Positions 1 through 13,900 are shown, counted from the first letter of the whole stretch. The stretch is DNA of 64,000 bases, filler included, from Circinaria calcarea (GCA_051942165.1; 7 parts of 7 records of this genome joined end to end with filler, not necessarily neighbours in it); one strand, 5' to 3'. Notes: generated by a model from the letters alone, not told the origin. Program-made: numbers and translations.

Positions 1-1
1 T

Positions 2-619
2 ATTGCAAGTACTTTCCTCTCGGCAGAGAAAGCATTTGCCAAAAAGTCAAAACGAACGCTTGAGCAGCCTGCCGATGATGACCCTCCCGATGATCCTGGA
101 TCCGAGCCAGAAGACTCATCCGACGAAGAGGAAGAGGAAGATGGACAAGATCGCCGAAGTCAACACCGCCGGGCGGAGACTCTACTCGCCGAGAGGCGCC
201 TCTGTGAGCTTACCGGCAAGATTGTCCTCGCAATGGTAGGTCGAGTGCTCGATGCATCAGGGCCTAGTAGAGGTCGGCTGCGAAAACGACTTCAGCGAAA
301 TAAGAACAGGCTAGGGCCTAATTTTAAGGAAGTACTTGCGTATTTGGATGAGCCGAAAACCAAGAAGGCGCCGAGAGGGAGGAGGAAAAGTACTGCCAAA
401 AGGATAGAAAAGGAGAACATAGGAATGAAGTCGAAAGCCGTGGTTACGGAAGAGGAGGACGATGAAGGTGATGGGGAGATAGAAGATGTGGTGGAAGAAG
501 GTGGGGAAGAAGATTTACGGAGGAAGGAGCTAGATGTTATGGAGGATGGGAGTGGTGGGGAGCAGAGGAGGGAGGATGAGGGGCCGGATGAAGCAGAGGA
601 GGATATTATGGGCGACTAA
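2..619 (+). CDS. C-terminal fragment of probable cohesin subunit Scc3/Psc3 (STAG family), 5'-partial
   Basis: Frame 2 is open from base 2 to TAA at 617-619. It reads ...LLAERRLCELTGKIVLAMVGRVLDASG...RLQRNKNRLGPNFKEVLAYLDE followed by an acidic tail. This resembles my recollection of Pezizomycotina Psc3 C-termini; not verified by search. Confidence 0.55.
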   Translation: MASTFLSAEKAFAKKSKRTLEQPADDDPPDDPGSEPEDSSDEEEEEDGQDRRSQHRRAETLLAERRLCELTGKIVLAMVGRVLDASGPSRGRLRKRLQRNKNRLGPNFKEVLAYLDEPKTKKAPRGRRKSTAKRIEKENIGMKSKAVVTEEEDDEGDGEIEDVVEEGGEEDLRRKELDVMEDGSGGEQRREDEGPDEAEEDIMGD

Positions 620-3568
620 AGGGGTGTATGTCTGTAAGTGTGACGTGAGTCGGCGAGCCGAAGCTGTATGAGGTCTCGGTACTTGAGGTATGTTGTTGAA
701 TCGCAGAATGAAATGCGAATGTGGACTTTGCTACGGACATAAGAGAGCGGTATGTAGTAAACTAGCTTCATAGCTTACAACACTTCCAATATGTTCACTA
801 GGGATAGCCAAGGGATGTATGTGCGACATCTGTTGCTCCACTTTTTCTCTCTGCTTTGCCTCTGTGCTTACCCTTCTCTTTGCCTCCGAACCCTTATCGC
901 TTATCCCTTCCTTCGCCCGTACTGCATATACAGAAACATGCCTCCGACATTGATCCCGCGAAAGGCACTATCAGTGAGAATAAATGTTAACTTTTCTCCT
1001 ATTTCAGATGACTATACACTGGCTGGGAGCCAATGTTTTAAAAGGACACGACTATCCGCATAAACGTCATACTTCATTCGTACTAGTTTCGGAGCGACAA
1101 AGTCCACAGTGCACGACGGTGGAACTGGTAGTATCCCTGTCTGGGTTGCTCTAGAGGGCTACCTGGCCGCGTATCTTGGTAAATTCGGATGCGAAGCTCC
1201 AAAAGTTTATGTACGCAGATCATATCCTACACGGTGGATAACTGACATCTCTCTAGGTATCACCCGTTCGACATCACAACCACATATTCGGCCTGAGTTC
1301 CAAGCATTACATTAATTATGCACCTCCTATGGTAAGGAATGGTCTGCAACCACCCTCCCGTACCGTCGACAATGAAGCCATCCTTTGGAACTTGATCGTC
1401 AAGATATTGGCGGTGATGATCGTCTGAGGTCGGCTTTCTGTGCTGCAAAGAAGGATAGGGACACTGCTATAATCAGGATTTCCTTCGAGGTGAACCTGTT
1501 ACCACAGCTACACGAGTGACTGTGCAGAGATTGCAGGAAGATGCGGCGGTAATGATGCTCTTCTCCCTCTTCGCAGCCGGTCAAAATTCGTGGGAGTCAA
1601 CGGCGTCTGTATCATTATCAAATGGAGAGACCGTTCAGTGACATAGCTCTGAGGCTGTTGAGGCAAATCTGTCTCCCCTCAATTAGGAATTTCGTAAGTC
1701 ACGTATCATAGTACCAACAATGATGGGAGCGCGGTCCATGGACTTATCTCCAAATATCTTTGACGATCTCTAGGACCTTGATGATGCTTTCAACTTGCTC
1801 ATTGTGGGTGTACCCGATTGGCCCCCTATCAGGGTAATGAAAAAAGGCAAAAGTTGCTCGTACTCGATTGACCAATACGCTTGTCAAGTTCCACAGAAAT
1901 ACGACGGAAAAGCTACCGACAAAGAGATAGCAGAATTGAGCGATGTGAGCATCGGTCTGAAGGAGAGAATCCAGGCTCACAGGAGCCACGGCATCACTAC
2001 TGTCGATAGGCGCCCAGTTCACTTGGGTCTTTTATGGGCGTTAATCTCGTCTTCATCAGGATGGAGATACTCGGGTGAACTCGAGATAGGATGAACGCAA
2101 ACGCTAACAGCTTGGTATTTTGGATCCTGACTTGTATCTGGGCAGTACCGGGACTTGCGACGGAAGTGCGACTGGAAACAGATATCTTTACCGGAGTCCA
2201 CTAATCTGATCCGGCTTCTGGATTGCTTAGGAATGCCCAACTCAACATCAGCTCGTGCCCAGTCCTTAAAGCCTACTACCTGGATACACTCCGTCTCACC
2301 GACGAACCCACATCCGTTCGGCACATCCAAGAAGACTTCCACCTCCGAAGCTCTCCCATGGATACCCAAACACCTAACGCATCACCCACCTCCTCAAAGC
2401 AGGCAGCTTCGTCACCATGTCCCCTTCCATCCACCAACACTACCCCCACGTCTTCCCCAACCTCAGCCTCTTCAACAAAGACCAATTCCTGACCCACGAC
2501 ACCGAAAGCAACGGAGCCCTCATCTCCCGCTATGGCACGCTCAAACCACAGGGCGGGGGGAAGGGCAGGCCATGTGCAAGGGGCGCACCTCTGCAGAATG
2601 ACAAGTCTTAGTGATTGTAGAGGGGATAATGGCGCTTTGGGACTTTGAGCTAGCGAATCCGGGAAACTGGCGGGTGCCTGGACAGCGAAGGCGACGGGGT
2701 GAAGTATCCGGCAGGGGATTTATGGTTGTGGTTAAGAGGAGGGGGAGTGGGTCAATGGGGTTAAGGGTTATGGGGAGAGGAAGGGGCTGGTTTGGATTCA
2801 TCATGATGCGTGCAAAGAAATATCAAATAGGTGATGAAGTTCAATTTTTTACCAGGTTAGCCATAGCCACATGGCCGCATACCCTAAAGCTGATAAATGG
2901 AAAACTGAATAGATAAAGAGACTGTGTGGATTCAAGTCACCAAATGTTTAGGACAGTCTCCCCACTTTACCATTCAAGAGCTTGCTTCAAGCCAGATCTG
3001 AGTCTTTATAGTAAATACATCCTTCCATACTGTTGATATGTCAACCACTTCGGTCATTGCATCGATTCTACTCGAACTTGAAAAAGATAATTTACTCGCT
3101 ACTATTAAATACGGGTCTAGTAGGATCGTAGATTGGTCGGCCCAAGGGCTGACCCTGGATTGGCTGAACAACCAAGGACGACAATTCATCTTGGTCTTTT
3201 GAACATACTCAACAAGTGGGGATATATTTTTGGCTTATCGGACTGATGAACTAGATTATCTTGTTAGCCGCTTCTCTCTCTATCTCTTCTGATCACTCAG
3301 CTAAAGTGCCACGCAAGTTGCTATGAAGGTAACCTTTCTTGAATTGATAGTCAGATCCGTTACTATATTTGAATCCAGTTTTGCGGCCACGTCTGGTTAG
3401 TGGTCGCTACCATCTGCGTTCTTCACGTGAAGAGAATTCTACCATTATTGCTTTGTCCTCTGTCGAGTTATTTGGGTGTCATTGATGATACCAACATGGC
3501 CAATGAATGCCCGGCTGCCTATCAACTTACCAGCCAAAATTCACCTTTAGATATGGAAGGCGGTACTA

Positions 3569-3947
3569 GTGCAGAAAGAACAACCCACGAGACCAACAAT
3601 GTCCATGCCTAAACCGAGTCTGCCTTATTCCTCACTCTCCATGCTGTTGGTGAATCAACCCATCTGTGAGGAAGCTACGCCTATCTTCTACCAACACAAC
3701 CAGCTCCCCTTCCCTTCAGTGGATGTTCTTGTCATTCTCAACGAAAAAGGCAATTGGTCTACTCAATATGGCGAGGACGTCTACTTCGGCTACCGCCCTG
3801 CAAGAGCAGACTAGACCTGGCAGTCGCTTCGAAATGCCTGGCACGGTTAATCTCTTTTACTTCATCCGATCCGTCTTCCCCCTTCGCCTCGCCTCATTCC
3901 AGATCTCTTCCGTCAAAGGAACCATTTACAAGGGAGTCGAACGTTAG
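3569..3947 (+). pseudogene. Possible decayed hypothetical-protein gene
   Basis: The fragment SMLLVNQPICEEATPIFYQHNQLPF resembles the common fungal LLxxxxIxEEAxxIFYxxNxFxF motif. Surrounding frames are short and broken. Confidence 0.3.
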
Positions 3948-6760
3948 GTCGAATGAAGCCCAGTCTGGCAAGAACACAACACTTTACTTGCAACACATGA
4001 AGCAACGGGTTTGAGCTAGTCGATGGATAATTTTATCCCACTTTATGTTGACGGTTTAGTCAATCATTACGCTTCGACCTGTGGGGCGGGAGACTCTGCA
4101 TATACCGATTGCTGACCCAACGATGATACCTACGAGCTATGAAGTTCTGCATCTTTTGTCGATATCGAAGAAATCAAAGGCATTTGTCACGGCCGGTAGG
4201 CTGCTGCAAAATCCATCTCCGAATACAAGCGTTTTCATAACTCCTCGTGGCATTGAGTGTTCGCCGACATATTGTCCCATCACCATCTCCCTTTCGACTT
4301 GTCTAATATCGTAGCAATGGAGATTATTCTCCCTTCTCTTCTAGCTGCCCCTATTCCCAAACCGCAAAATCCCCCAACACCCAACACCTCTTCTCACCAC
4401 ATTTCTCTCCCGCTCCCCTCCCTTCCCTCACCATCTCCTCCCTCCTCCTCCTTTCCCTCGCCATCTCCTCCATCCTCCTTCTTCCTCCTCCTTCAACCTC
4501 CCTGCCATAGCCCAATTTCTCCGAATCTCCCTTGCTCGATTCCGACTCCCTTCTACTCTCTACTTGTCTCTCCCCCTCGAGTTTTCTCCAACCCCCCCTC
4601 CTTTGCCCTCTGAACCCCGCCAAGACGGTAACTGAAAATCGGAAGAAGGGGAAAGGGAAAAGAGAGGGAGAGAGTTTTTAAAGAGGAGAACCCAAACCGA
4701 GCCGGAGGATATAAATAGCAAGAAACCGTATTGCGCTTTCTCGCGAAGGTCCTGACAGAAAACATCTCGATATTGTAGGGATTTATACACGGGGCGCGCG
4801 GAATTTTGGAATTTGAAAAAAATTGGGGACACAAGTGGGAATTTGTCCTTTTTTGTTTATTTTACCCTAGGCAGGAGGCGGTTAACGTTACCCGTGTACA
4901 TACACTGTATACATAAATACGTACGTACACTCACACGGTAGATGGCCCTATGAGATCCCACCCCATAAGGTCCTCTATGTATACAGAACCGGGCCGAGTT
5001 GAATGTTATCCGGAGCTCCCTGCTTTCGCTTCCCCCCATTCGTAAACCACCCTTGCCTCACTCAGCTTTGAGCCTCCAGAATGTGGAGCTACGTTTGCAA
5101 GGGGCAGGGAGCGAGGTTGGATTGGCCTGATAGATTGATTGATTGATGGGGAGTGGTGAGGACACGAAAATGAGCTAGTAGACATGCCTTTTTCTATACT
5201 AGAGACAATAGAGGATGGGAAAATTTATGGTGGCCGTGACTCTACGCGAGTGGAGAAGATGCAAGAACATGTGGTACATCCGGAGAGCCGGGTTCTTGGA
5301 GTGTGTAGTACGGTTGCTTTCGTAATAGTAGCTACCTAGCTAATTAGATCTGAGTTTGTTCCCCGTTCATGATGCTAATCTAGGGCTCAACGGCGGGTCT
5401 GTGCGTATTTCGAACGTTCAGGATGGAGGGCTAAGCGAGATGACTGCTCATTGGCTCCATTCTTACCTGCCCCAGCCACTTCAGCTCTGTCCGAAATTTG
5501 GAGGGCATGAAATTCAAAACACATCATCTCTTTCCCTCACGACTGCCGAATCCGACAGTCCCGCAGTCGTGTTAATTTACCGTCTCCTTCACGACTGGAG
5601 CGCCCAAATGGAAGGAAGTAGCATCGAGACAGTGAAACAAATGAAGGACACACTCCGCTGGGCTGGGCTGGGTACTCGGATTGCCGAATGCGGATAGGTA
5701 GTGATATGTGCCAACTAGTCAACCCGCAGTTTGGAAAAAAGAGGATTGGAATCAGGTATACACTTTCTGGCCAGGGGCCATCGAATCATTGTCGACGGTT
5801 GCGGATGACGTGCTGCCTACCTAGGTACAGCCGGTGGAAGCAAGAACATGGGTTCAGGTTTGCTGCTGGGAACGGCAGCTCCCTAGCTTCTTTCCATACT
5901 TTGAGAAACAAGGGACCCTTTTGGCGTTTCTCCCCCCATATTTTGATGGTCCAAAACCGTTAGCAATCTGGACCTGTCTCGGAAAGATGGAATTGAGTGG
6001 GGTGCATGCGCAATGCAAGGGAGGTCGAATATGCATCGCGCAAAAAACGTAGACGAATCTCGGTTCAACTATCGGAAGCAAACGAGTGGAGAGCCCTGCG
6101 AGGTCGCTAGATCCCTTGCTGCACAACAGCCCCCCAGAAACCCCAGGGATGATGGCAATCTTTGCATCTGTCACATTTGACATCGGTCCAGTCAATACTT
6201 GCTCTCATCCATCATTTTCATCCTATAGAAGAACAAAGAGGGGAGGAAGCGCACTCAAGATAGTGAGTGATAAGAAAATAGGGTGAAAGGTCGCACGAGA
6301 ACAACACATGTTCCAGAGCAGCACCTCGTACCGTCTTCTGTCGTATTAAATTGTTCCTGCCGTAGGTGTTTGCGTGTACCTGCAGTAGAAGCCGTAGACA
6401 TGTTCTTGAACACAGGGGTACGAGACCTATATAAGAGGTGCACCAAACTATCTCTTCCTCACGCCAGATCCCAAACGCCGTACATTAATTCCCAAATGCC
6501 AGAACTGTACCCTAATGCGCGTTGGCGTCTCGGTAGCCCTTTTCCTTACATCCTCTACCCTTTTCCGCGCACACAACTTAACCCAACTTGCCTTCAACAC
6601 CTTCATGTGTAGAAACGATTCGCACATATCCGGCTGAAAAGCCACGCTTTCCTTTTCCTGTTATCGCCTTCAGGTAGAAACTCGCGCACAGCAGAGCGCT
6701 GTTCCAGTCTTACTCCTGGTATACCAAAGACTCTAGTTCAATCTATCAACACCAGCCACC

Positions 6761-8283
6761 ATGATGAAGGCTGCCCTTTTGACTGGAGACTTGGGAATTG
6801 GTGGCCGTAGTTTGGGATTCGTCATCATCTCCATTGTTTTGACCACCATTTCCTTACTGTTCGTGGTTCTGCGCGTTATCTCCCGAATGACGTTCCGAGG
6901 GTCACGTCTTGGTCGAGACGACGCAGCCATTGTCTGTTCTGTAGTAGGTCCATCCATAAGTCTTGACCTGAAAAGATGGCCACGGAACGAGACACTTGCA
7001 ATAGGAGCTGAGGACGGCGATGAATCGAGCTAATCCTGCATATTCAACAGGTCTTCTCACTCGCTATGGGTATTGTCAACTGTATCGGTGCGTGCCTTGA
7101 ATGTCTGGAGAATGTTCTTTCCACTGTATGCTAACCCGATCATCAGCTGTGACCCGAGGTTATGGTAGACGATCCAAAACGCTCGCACCGAAAGAACTTC
7201 GTCTGGCTCTGACAGTATGTAGCCTTCAGGACTGATATCCTCTTTTTCCGTACAATAGCTGACCTTGGGATATAGTATTTCTGGATCCTTCAGATTCTGT
7301 ACAAATTTACCATCAACCTCACCAAAATCTCGATTGGCCTCCTGTACATGCGCATCTTCCCCGACAAGAAATTTCGTCGTTGGGTCTGGGTCATCATAAC
7401 ATTCGTGGGTTGCTACGCCGTTGCCAGCATAGTCGCAACAATACTAGAATGCTCCCCTGTTGCTCGTGTCTGGGACAGGTCCCTTGCCGGTCATTGTGTC
7501 AACTTAACGGCTTTTTGGTATGCCAATGGCTCTGTGAACATAGCTACCGATCTTATCCTGTGGTTTATGCCGCATCGTATGATCCGTAAACTCAACATGC
7601 CTCGTCAGCAGAAGTTTTGGTTGATGGGGATCTTCCTTCTGGGGGTTTTGTAGGTTGCAACTCCGTCGTCAAAGCAACTGCAGAATGCTGACCGTGGCAT
7701 CCCTTTCAGTGTTGTCGTAACATCGATTGTACGAATGTCAGTCCTGAATCCAGCATCGAAATCCACTGATACAACATATGGGACGCTCAAATCCACCATC
7801 TGGACCACGATAGAGGCTAATGTAGGAATATGGTGCGCTTGTGGTCCTACTTTGAGAGGCCCGGTTGCGGCATTGTTTCCCCGTATATTCTCAAGGTCCT
7901 CTGGTGCAAAGAGCGACGAGTGGCCACCATCTGGTGATCGAGCACTTGTTAGCATTGGGGGGTTCGTTAGGCACAAAGCTCCTCCTCCAAAGCAGGACAC
8001 CTTGGGGCATTTGGGGAGTGAACAAAAACCCGAGCGCAAACTCCCGTACGCCAGCTCGGATATGACACGCGCAAGCACCCGTACCTTTGGGAGTCAAGAT
8101 GCCATTATGAGCTTTGGAAAGGACGAAGAAGACGGCACCATGTCCGTCCCGCTGAACACAATCGCCAAGAATACGAACGCTAACAGTGAACTTGGGTATG
8201 GTCAGAGGTTGGCCACAGCTGAAAGCCACGTGGGAGCTGTCTCTCATGCCACCCCTCCTGCGAAGGCATTGGCACCTCGCTGA
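6761..8283 (+). CDS. PTH11-like / fungal rhodopsin-domain integral membrane protein (multi-exon)
   Basis: Motifs: LRVISR...LGRDDAAI, TKISIGLLYMRIF, ILECSPVARVWD...GHC, NIATDLILWFMP, IWTTIEANVGIWCACGPTLR. GT-AG introns join the pieces. No CFEM domain seen. Confidence 0.85.
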
Positions 8284-8497
8284 TAGTGATCAGTTTTTCA
8301 ATCGGCAGGCGCTGTTCGGGTTGAGAGGGCGCTGGCAGATCTGTTCTAGTTGTGTGACTAGTTCACCTCATGAAAAGTTTTAGATAGAAGAGCGGATCAG
8401 TCCGACTGTGTAGATACACAGTACTTGCTAAATAGCTATGAAAGGAACGGAAGGAATGAAAGGAATGAAAGGAATGAGACATGAGACGGTTCAATCG

Positions 8498-8535
8498 TGT
8501 GAAGTCCTTGTGAAGTCCTTGTGAAGTCCTTGTGA
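8498..8535. repeat. 11-bp tandem repeat (TGTGAAGTCCT)x3.5
   Basis: Read directly. GAAAGGAAT repeats lie just upstream (~8440-8476). Confidence 0.9.
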
Positions 8536-9073
8536 GACGTCGTTCCCGGGTCCATTTGATGCAGTCGCAGAAGACAGGAGACTCGATGACGCTACGGGGC
8601 GGATTAAGGTGTCTCCGAGTATTCTACCACCGTGTGTTGCCTCCTCATTACTCTCACTACTCCAAGATCAATGGACGAGGGCCCATTTATATTGATGACA
8701 CAGTCTAAATCCTCAAGCATCCGTTGAGTGATCAACTTGTTACCAATGCTGATTGTGACATAAGTACAAGAGTGGTTCTGAAGCGACAATCGCCTCGCCC
8801 TCATACTCCAACAGAAGGTAACAGGTCCGGGGACTCCATGGTCCGTTGAACTACCTTGGTAGATACTCGTCGGGTATTCCCCATCACTAATACCATTCAG
8901 ATAGTCAGACACCACCGAGTTTGCGGCACCGTCACTTCCGCAGTGGGCATCCGGTCAAGCTTCGTACTTGGGCAACGTCTCATACGAACGTCTCTCCCCG
9001 AGACACGAATCATATGATGGGGGAACTACATACGACTCATAGATTGGAAGAGTTGCTGCTTCCCCTAATTCTG

Positions 9074-9173
9074 NNNNNNNNNNNNNNNNNNNNNNNNNNN
9101 NNNNNNNNNNNNNNNNNTTAATTAATTAANNNNNNNNNNNNNNNNNNNNNNNNNNNNNNNNNNNNNNNNNNNN
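9074..9173. other. Artificial contig linker
   Basis: N-run + TTAATTAATTAA (stops in all six frames) + N-run, 100 bp. Confidence 0.98.
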
Positions 9174-9500
9174 TTAATAAAGCCTTCTAGGACTTTCTTT
9201 ATTAATTTTAAAAAATATATAAATAATTTAATAATTAATACTTTAAATATAATATTTTTAGTTTTTTTAATCTCGTATAATATTTTAATATTTAATTCTT
9301 TATAAACGGTTATATATTTTTAAATATTAATAAAATAGATATTTATATCGGGTTAATAAAATTTCCGTGATATATTAATTATTAAATAATAGCTAATATT
9401 TTAGGTAATAATCTACCGGTTTTAATAAATTATTATAATATTATTTAAAGGAGTTATTTCTAAAAATTTATTTTGAGCTGTGGTGTATAGGTAATTTAAA
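9174..9500. repeat. AT-rich, TpA-rich relic, probably a RIP-degraded repeat or transposon
   Basis: Abrupt very AT-rich, TA-dense tract at a contig end with no ORF. Confidence 0.55.
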
Positions 9501-9752
9501 TGGTGGGGAAAATTAAATATGGGCAGGTGCTGACTAAGCTCCACACCGATTATATAGTACGGAGTATTATAGCGAGGTCAAGGCGTTGCAGACTATACAG
9601 CGAGCATCGGCATAATATAGCTAATTTCACGGAAAGGATATCTGATTGGGTATTATATATATTATTTTGGGCCTGTTCCTGCTAAAACCTAGCAGGTCGG
9701 GATACACCGCCTGATAAAGGAACGCTGCCTCAGGCCTTATCTGTAACGGTAG

Positions 9753-9928
9753 CACGCGCTTGCCAAAAAAACGCGGACACACAAATCTGCCCGACCGTAG
9801 AATTACCACCCAATTCTTGCCACTAAGTTTGTGAGGACTGCGGAAGCGTAGGGGCTTCTTAGGCTGGACGGCATCGCTAATTACGGTCGCCGAACTCTGG
9901 GTGTCCGCGTTTTTTTGGCAAGCGCGTG
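9753..9928. mobile_element. MITE-like element with perfect 28-bp terminal inverted repeats
   Basis: CACGCGCTTGCCAAAAAAACGCGGACAC (9753-9780) is the exact reverse complement of 9901-9928. Imperfect pairing continues inward. No coding capacity. Confidence 0.6.
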
Positions 9929-10134
9929 GGTAAGCTCACTTGTGCGAACGACACGGCAAGGGACGCATTACCTCCCCCTCTCGTGCAACCTGCTTTTGGC
10001 GTGGGTGAATGTATAAAGGGCAACCTTGACAAGCCTGATTTCTATCTGATCCGTATTTCTCATCCGCCTCAGAAACGTCTTCCAAACGACGTTAGCAAGC
10101 AGACTTCCCCTGAGCTGTTCAATAATCGAACATA

Positions 10135-10578
10135 ATGCCTTATATCATCCTCATCTTCGCCTACCGTAAGCCCGGCCTCTCCCTCGCCGCCTTCAAGTCC
10201 CATTACGAACACAGCCACGTGCCGCTGGTTCAATCCATCGCCGGTCCACACTTCCCCAAAACGCACACGCGACGTTATCTCCAGCGATTCGAGGGCAACA
10301 CCACCGCTTCGCCTCCCTCGACCGAGAGCGGCGCGATCAACGCCAACTCTCCAGCTACAGTCTTGGTCGGGACGCAGGCCGAGTTTGAATACGATGCGAT
10401 CGCAGAACTGACATTTGACAACGAGGCCGCCTTCCAGGCCTTTTTCGCGTTGGTGAGCCAGGGGGAGGCGGCAGAGCGGATTGCCAGGGATGAAGAGATG
10501 TTTTCGGACCGACCGAAAATGAGGATAGTTGTCGTAGATGACTGTGCTGTGACAACTGGGCCCATGACGAGTGGGTGA
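10135..10578 (+). CDS. EthD-domain (dimeric alpha/beta barrel) protein
   Basis: Intronless 147 aa. Motifs: RKPGLSLAAFKSHYEHSHVPLV, YDAIAELTFDNEAAF, IARDEEMFSDR. TATAAA at ~10012. Confidence 0.85.
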   Translation: MPYIILIFAYRKPGLSLAAFKSHYEHSHVPLVQSIAGPHFPKTHTRRYLQRFEGNTTASPPSTESGAINANSPATVLVGTQAEFEYDAIAELTFDNEAAFQAFFALVSQGEAAERIARDEEMFSDRPKMRIVVVDDCAVTTGPMTSG

Positions 10579-10985
10579 GCTGAGCGCAGAGGGCGAAGGT
10601 CGGCTTGTGGTAATGACTTGTATAAAGCAGGACGGGATACATGTATCTTGCTTTCCCAAACTAATTTCACGAATAGACGAGGAATGACAGGAATCGCTGC
10701 GGGCAAAGAGCTACGATGATACATAGACAATCACTGCTACATCTGTTCAACGCTTGCTAACCCTGCTCGAGAACCCCTCGGCCAACACCCTGTACTGACA
10801 TTTGATACGTCTGAACTACTACATATAATATGAAGCAGACTCTGTAGTAAGAGCCTTGGCTCATGGCCATGAGGGATAGAAAAGGATGTACTCAAAAGAG
10901 CGTCTACCAAACAATGTCTCCGTGTGCCTACCATCACCACCAGACCATTATACTCTGCTTAGTGTACGTATCTAAGCCTCCAAAC

Positions 10986-13900
10986 CTAAGAAGTCCATGC
11001 TTGTTCAGCGGCTTGTAATGCTTCTTCGCGAGCTTTGAGCTCATGAGCCTGCAGTGATTTTTGAAAATCCAACGTCGAATCGCGCATGTTCGCCCCAGAA
11101 TTTGAGCTTATTTCACGCAACGATCGAGGTCCAGATGGAGCCGGGAATGAAAGTCCCTGCAGCTGAGACATTGGAACCTCCCTGACTGAAGCTTCCTCAT
11201 TGTCTCGAGGATAGGAAACGCAATCTTCATACAGCTTCGACCATATGTTGGCACTTCTACCGGTGATCTCATCGTCCCTAGAATAAACTGTACCCTCGCG
11301 GCTGGCAATCGAGGTGAAAGCACCATCGGATCCCGTAAATTGGGCGGAGTTTCTCTGTTCGTCGAGAGAGGGTAATGGTGACAATGGAGGTAAGACTTCG
11401 AGCTCTGGAAGCTTCAATTCCCCGCCCATTGAGACAGAGGAACGGAATCCTCTCTCAAACCGTCTCAAATCGAAGCTGCGAGAGGTATAGAGTCTCCTCC
11501 AAGATTTGACTAGGTTCTTGCCAAAGGTCATGCTCCGACTCTTCTTCCTACCAAGCAGGGAAACTCTTCTTTTTCGGTCGCCGCCTCCCTCCACCCGAAA
11601 TGAATCTGTCACAAAATCGCGTGCCTCTACCGAGTCGGCCTTGCCGGCCGGCGTTGCTGAACGGCTTGCTCGAGAATGGCTGGGGAAGCGACTCCAAGAA
11701 TCCAAGGACCTGGTCGATTGATTGGGCAATCGTTGGACCTTGACAGCAACTCTATTAGTATCTGCCACGACCTCGTCTCTTCCAATCTGGTTGATTTCGC
11801 CACTCATATTCATGAGGATACTAGGGGTTTTAGTGATCATTAAAGGCGGACTGCTCTGGACCCTCCTAGTGTGTGTTCTGTTCTTAATGCTGTACTTGTG
11901 AGCACCTTTTTCCGCATCTCCGTTCAATATAGAAGATGCTTCTTTGGCGTGAGCTTTGAGTGTGCGCTCCCAAACGTTAGTTGCATCCTCATTTCCTCCA
12001 GTCAAAAACCCGTACCCGTATCCGCTACGTGTGCCTGCAGAGTACCATTCTTCATTCCCGTTATAACTGCTGTAAGCACGCTTCGCATTGTTCCTAACCG
12101 CAAGGAGAGGATTCCCTCCGTGCCTAGTGTCATACTTTGACTGGGTTTCATAAACTTCCTGAAAACGACTACCTCGGGGGAGACTAGAACTTTTAACCCG
12201 AGGAAGAATTCGCGATTCGGTAGCTCCAGGCTCCTGATCCCAGTTGCTCTCCGAACTCGATTGAATACTAGAAGTATCGGTAGTACGTCGCCTCATTAAT
12301 TCCGATTCGAGTGAATCAAGAGGCCCTTGGAAGTTGCCTAACGGCCTCGGCACTCGTATGAAGGAATTGCTAGGACTCGACAAAAGACTGCCAACTCGAG
12401 ATGTGTAAACAGATGAGGCGTTGTCCTTTGGAACAAAGCCGTATTTCTGTGAAAAGAACGAGTCAGCCTGCCCCGAGGGATATCTTCGGTGTTCTAGGAC
12501 ACTTTGATTCAAACTTTTCATCGACTCGTCACCAGTCGACTTTCCTCGCTCGTGTTTCGCGCGGGCCTCCAGTTGCGGCATCGAGGCACCCAAAAGGAGG
12601 CTTCTTGATGGTCTAGGCTGTAAGATATGGACATCATTGTCGGGTTGGCCACCATTAGACATGAAACTATTCGGGGCTTTGCTAGAAGTATGACCGAAGT
12701 CTATCGTTGGTTGAGGTACAGCGTCAGAAGTTCCATCCCCATCCAGACCTCCGAACTTCAGCTCTTCAGTAATTGGGTCACATCTTGACTCATTCCTCGT
12801 ACTGTGACTTTGATCGTCTAGAGTGCCACCCTTTTCCTTTCCCCAGTGTTCAGATGGCTTCAATGACCCTGAGGCGCCTCGAAGCCAACTAGTGGAACGG
12901 ACCGCAGAGTGGTTTGCAGAGCAGTTTGTAAGTGTATCCTTATTAATTGATTCAGTATTGGAAGGTAGTGGTGCTACACTATAGGATTCGTGAGGAATCG
13001 GCTGGGCTTGCAGAATCCAGTCTCGCTGGACTGATTCGGTGATACTGGGCAGACGCAGGGGGAGTAGGTCAGGAGCCAAAGGGATCTCTACCACGTGAAA
13101 ACTTCCGGCCCTGGCTGTTTTCTGCATCATTGAACCCGTCGACCTGGTACGTCGTACAACGATATCGAAAGCCTGCAGCCCCATCTTTGGCGAGGCATTG
13201 GCTGGCATCGAGATTATGTCTCTCCCAATTTCACTTGAGTTCGGTAAGTGCCTGCCATCATCGGGTCGTACTGCAGGACTGGGCTGCTGATTGGAATCTT
13301 CCCAGTGATCCTGATCACGGAACACTGGCTCATCGTTGTCCTGCTTCTCATGCACAACTGTTCCTGATGACATATGCAGCCTATGAACCGAAATGTCGGT
13401 TCTGTCTTGTTGATTGTGCATCGAGTTCAGAGACTCCCGCTGTTTGATGATATTGCTGAGTCGCTGCGGACTGGTTTTGATTGCTCCACCGCTTCTACCG
13501 GACATGGCTCGTGGGGTGGCAATCATCTCTGCATCCGTATCGTATCCGCCTTGGCTCGCTGTTCGATCATCTAGAATGTCTTCCTGTACTTGTTTCGGCA
13601 GCGTTTGCCTCGACTCGTTACGACGCTCAATTTCGTCTTGTCTTGGCATGCTCCTGAGTTCTTTCTTGGAGCTTCGTCTTGAGAGTCCGGAGTCTCGCGA
13701 GAATCTCTGACGTATGGCGTGCGATAGTCGACTATTGCTACCTCTCCAGTCGTCATGCGCCGATGACCGAGAAGGTTCCTGGTTACCTATCTCTGTGGTG
13801 GAAGAAGCGAAAATCTTGCGTATCTCCTGTACTTCCTCATCGCTCTTGGACGACTGGGCGGTATCAAGTGCGTTCGGTAAGGTAGATCGTACGAGACGGT

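Noticed and set aside
4257..4834. Pro/Ser-rich and antisense Gly/Arg-rich ORFs
   Set aside because: By-products of a pyrimidine-rich low-complexity tract.
8498..8535. Short repeats (here and at 24324-24423 and ~36024-36056) as CRISPR-like arrays
   Set aside because: Head-to-tail mini/microsatellites with no unique spacers, in eukaryotic DNA.
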